The position numbers were made by a program, and so were the translations under genes. A stretch of DNA of 64,000 bases from Neodothiora populina (taxonomy: Eukaryota). This document shows positions 61,233-64,000 of the stretch, piece by piece. Where the stretch lies: assembly GCF_041146345.1 (NCBI RefSeq), contig NW_027191411.1, positions 434,001-498,000 on the forward strand, given 5' to 3'. Numbering within the stretch: position 1 is the first letter of the stretch; every line of letters begins with the position of its first letter. The notes beneath the pieces were generated by a model, which was given only the letters and a program-made list of their open reading frames with translations, searched no databases and was not told where the DNA came from.

Positions 61233-63068
61233 TCAGTCCGAACGGTAAAAATTCGTCTTCCGAGGATGAATAAGCATGCCAGGCACGAGCACCTCACCAT
61301 CAACCACAGCCATGAACCCAGGCATGTCGTCGTCGACCTCCTTCTCCCCCTTCCAATACAACATCATCCGGTCCGGCATCGGGCTGACCCAGTCCCAACT
61401 CAATCCCCTGATGAAGAACCCTAGTGATTCTCCTCTGTATCTCGATGGTCCCATGGCGATGCCGTCGTCAAACCTGTCCAGTCCGCCTCCGTTGAGCACG
61501 AATTCCATCTCGGCCCGGTCGCGTAGAGGATCCATGAAGACAGGTATGGGAAGTCCGACGACTTTAAGACCATGCCACAGCGCAAAAGATGGGAGAGTAG
61601 CCTCAGAGTGGACGCGTAGGTCCTGCTGAGACTGTGCGTGGTGAATAGCGTTCAGGAGATTCCAGCTAGCGCGACCTTGCGCGGGTGGAGACATGAACCA
61701 TGGCAGATCGTCCGAGTGTTGTGAAAATCCGTAGTGCCAGTGTTTGAACACCCAGTCTTCGAGACGTCGGACATCTTGTAGGCTGGACGCGGTGAGGTAG
61801 TCTGCATCTTCACCTACGCCCCACTCGAAGTTGTCATCTCGTGGGTCTGGAGTCGGTGGCGAGGGACCGATAGGAGAGATTTCGGGTCCAACAGGGATCG
61901 GACCCCATGGTTTTGCGTCACCTTGAAGGGTTTCATTCAGTCGTTGGGAGAATTCGGCATATGTTCCGTGGAAGCGCGGCATATGACTCCAGCTAGCACG
62001 CTCGCGTGACTGCTTGCGTGGCTGTTTGCGGCTGAATTGATGGAAAGCATCGAGCAAGTCACCGGTATGCTGCGTGGTACGGACATCCATCTCGAGCTGC
62101 CAGTAGTGATCGAACTCCGGGTAGAAGTGTGCGAAAAGCTGGAAAGGTTGCATGATTTGCCACATGGGCATATGCTCCGGAATATCTGGATACCAGCTCT
62201 CGAGCAATGACTGATCAAACAGCACTGCCATGTCTCTGAACTCCTCAGGCACAGCCGCTTCCAGCTCAGCCGTGAGATTAGCAGCATCGGAGTGGATATG
62301 CGCGTCAAGGTTCTTGACATCGACCAGTAGAAACACGGCATATTCAGCACTTCGGTCCAGCGCCGCTTCCGTGACAAGACTACGGAGGTTCTGCAGGTCA
62401 TCTTCCGTATACGGATAGGTCGACCACGTTCTCATCACAATGGCTTGTTTTCCAGTCTTGTCAGTTGCGCGACGCGCCTTAATTCTCGCCCGCTCGTCTA
62501 CGAGAGGGCTAGGTTCCGCTTCCTGGTCGCGGTCCCTGTAGACGAAGCGCGTCTTATTGGCAAACGAAAAGAGCTTGGGCAGTCGCTCCTCGTTCGCATC
62601 TGCGCAGGAGTCTTGCAGAGCACCCCATCTGACGCCCTTCCAATCAACTTTGCTTCTGTTGTAACTTTCCTGATCCTCACCGAATCCGTATGGACCATAT
62701 CGTCCAGAAGCTGTGAACCATAACTTCTCAAGCTCAAATGCATCATACGATCCCATCATAGGCTCAGGGTAAGTAACATTCTCAGCTGGGAAGGGGCGAA
62801 TTTGATCATCCTCGCTCTCCGCGAGCACCCTTCCTCTAGGCCCACGACAAGGGACAGCACTAGAGGGAAAATTCGGACGAGGCCATTGCCATTCGAGATA
62901 CTGCTGTTTGTACTCTAATTCGGGCTTGTGAGATGGGGGATGCTCGAATACATGCGACGGAGTCGACGAAAGGAGATACAACGAGGTTGTAAAAGCAGTC
63001 AAGACAGCTAGGCAGACAAGAGATCGACCTCTGAATAGATACGAGCTCAGGATACCTCGCACGTTCAT
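61233..63068 (-). CDS. DUF3405 family type II membrane protein
   Basis: N-terminal TM, RYGPYG, W..V.WGALQ..C, AIVMRTW, LRSLVTE, Y.VFLLV.VK, YWQLEMDVR, SEATLPSFALWHGLK and HP.K. Confidence 0.85.
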   Translation of the reverse strand: MNVRGILSSYLFRGRSLVCLAVLTAFTTSLYLLSSTPSHVFEHPPSHKPELEYKQQYLEWQWPRPNFPSSAVPCRGPRGRVLAESEDDQIRPFPAENVTYPEPMMGSYDAFELEKLWFTASGRYGPYGFGEDQESYNRSKVDWKGVRWGALQDSCADANEERLPKLFSFANKTRFVYRDRDQEAEPSPLVDERARIKARRATDKTGKQAIVMRTWSTYPYTEDDLQNLRSLVTEAALDRSAEYAVFLLVDVKNLDAHIHSDAANLTAELEAAVPEEFRDMAVLFDQSLLESWYPDIPEHMPMWQIMQPFQLFAHFYPEFDHYWQLEMDVRTTQHTGDLLDAFHQFSRKQPRKQSRERASWSHMPRFHGTYAEFSQRLNETLQGDAKPWGPIPVGPEISPIGPSPPTPDPRDDNFEWGVGEDADYLTASSLQDVRRLEDWVFKHWHYGFSQHSDDLPWFMSPPAQGRASWNLLNAIHHAQSQQDLRVHSEATLPSFALWHGLKVVGLPIPVFMDPLRDRAEMEFVLNGGGLDRFDDGIAMGPSRYRGESLGFFIRGLSWDWVSPMPDRMMLYWKGEKEVDDDMPGFMAVVDGEVLVPGMLIHPRKTNFYRSD

Positions 63069-64000
63069 GCTGACAGATAACCGCGACAGTCGTCAGCTAC
63101 CACCCACGGCAAAAGGCTAGAGAGTCGCTCTGGTTCAGTGAACAGGAGGCTCGTCTTGGGGTTTTCGTTGTCCCCATAATAATCCGAATGCAGAAAAAAG
63201 TGGGAACACTGGACGCAAGGGGGCGCCCCTGTGGATGGTAACCAGGAAATGACGAAGATACCGCGCCGTAGGATCAAGGTTTGCAGCGGAGATTTATTAC
63301 AGTCAAGGGACGGCACGCTTCCCACAATCCCAAGGCTAGAGCCGCCGCGGACGATGACACTATGTGGCTTACCATTACTTGCTTGATACTGGTCGAGTAC
63401 AGTAATGCCAAGGCATCTAGACAAGACATGTTGCCGCACCGGGACTTGATCGAAAATTGATTGTGATCTCGCCGTAGTGCGGCGGTGTTCAGATCTCTTG
63501 GCGGACTGCTAGCTCACTCGGTCCCTTAGTCTATCCGCGGGAGAGGGCTAGCGAAGCAGGTCATGAGCTAATATTCAGCGTTCCTACTCGGAGGACTTTG
63601 CATATACGCTACTCCAAATTGGTGTTCGTGTCGCACATTGCGTGACATACCTCACTCCGTAGATCCGGTCATTAGCCGCGTCCGAGTAGCCCCAGAAAGG
63701 CCTTCTTAAGCCGCAACTCTATATTATTAGAAAACGAAAGCAGAAAGAGTTAAAGTTCCCGGCTGGGGATACTTAAACACAAGCCCTGTAACCTTACCTT
63801 GACTTCACGTGTTGGTGCTGATCTGACTGACCGGTCTGATAAGCCCAACATCTCACCGAACACAACTTAAGGATTCTAAATACCTACCTGACGCTTTCGC
63901 TTCAACATCGAGGTAACGTTACGCGGCCCAAGCCAGCAGCAAGCCATCTCTTCATTTCCTTCAGGCAAACGCCAGCAGCGACATACTTCCAACTTCTCAG

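Overview
Gene-dense 64 kb window from a filamentous ascomycete (Pezizomycotina-type GT-AG introns with CTRAC branch points, dispersed 5S rRNA). It holds about 25 protein-coding genes, including an F-box protein, SMC6, an MFS transporter with a divergent Zn2Cys6 regulator, ECD/SGT1, ClpP, SHMT, FIG1, FluG, an SDR, a DUF2231 protein, a GT8, a pepsin-like protein, NUP42/AMO1, GPI1, a GH51 arabinofuranosidase, ASF1, SRO7 and a DUF3405 protein. RNA genes are 5S rRNA, two identical tRNA-Asn(GTT), an intron-containing tRNA-Ser(GCT) and U2 snRNA. Main observations: (1) the U2 snRNA gene appears split by a 54-nt spliceosomal intron after nucleotide 9; (2) a spliced ~92-aa two-TM microprotein gene ends only 19 nt before the GPI1 start codon, suggesting a bicistronic unit; (3) a ZRT1-type zinc transporter pseudogene, missed by the ORF track, keeps a ZafA-like site and a TATA box; (4) a family of degenerate 11/22-bp-period arrays occurs at three intergenic sites; (5) a pepsin-like gene has homopolymer frameshifts. 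All calls come from reading the sequence and recalled family motifs; no searches were run, and exon boundaries are manual predictions.
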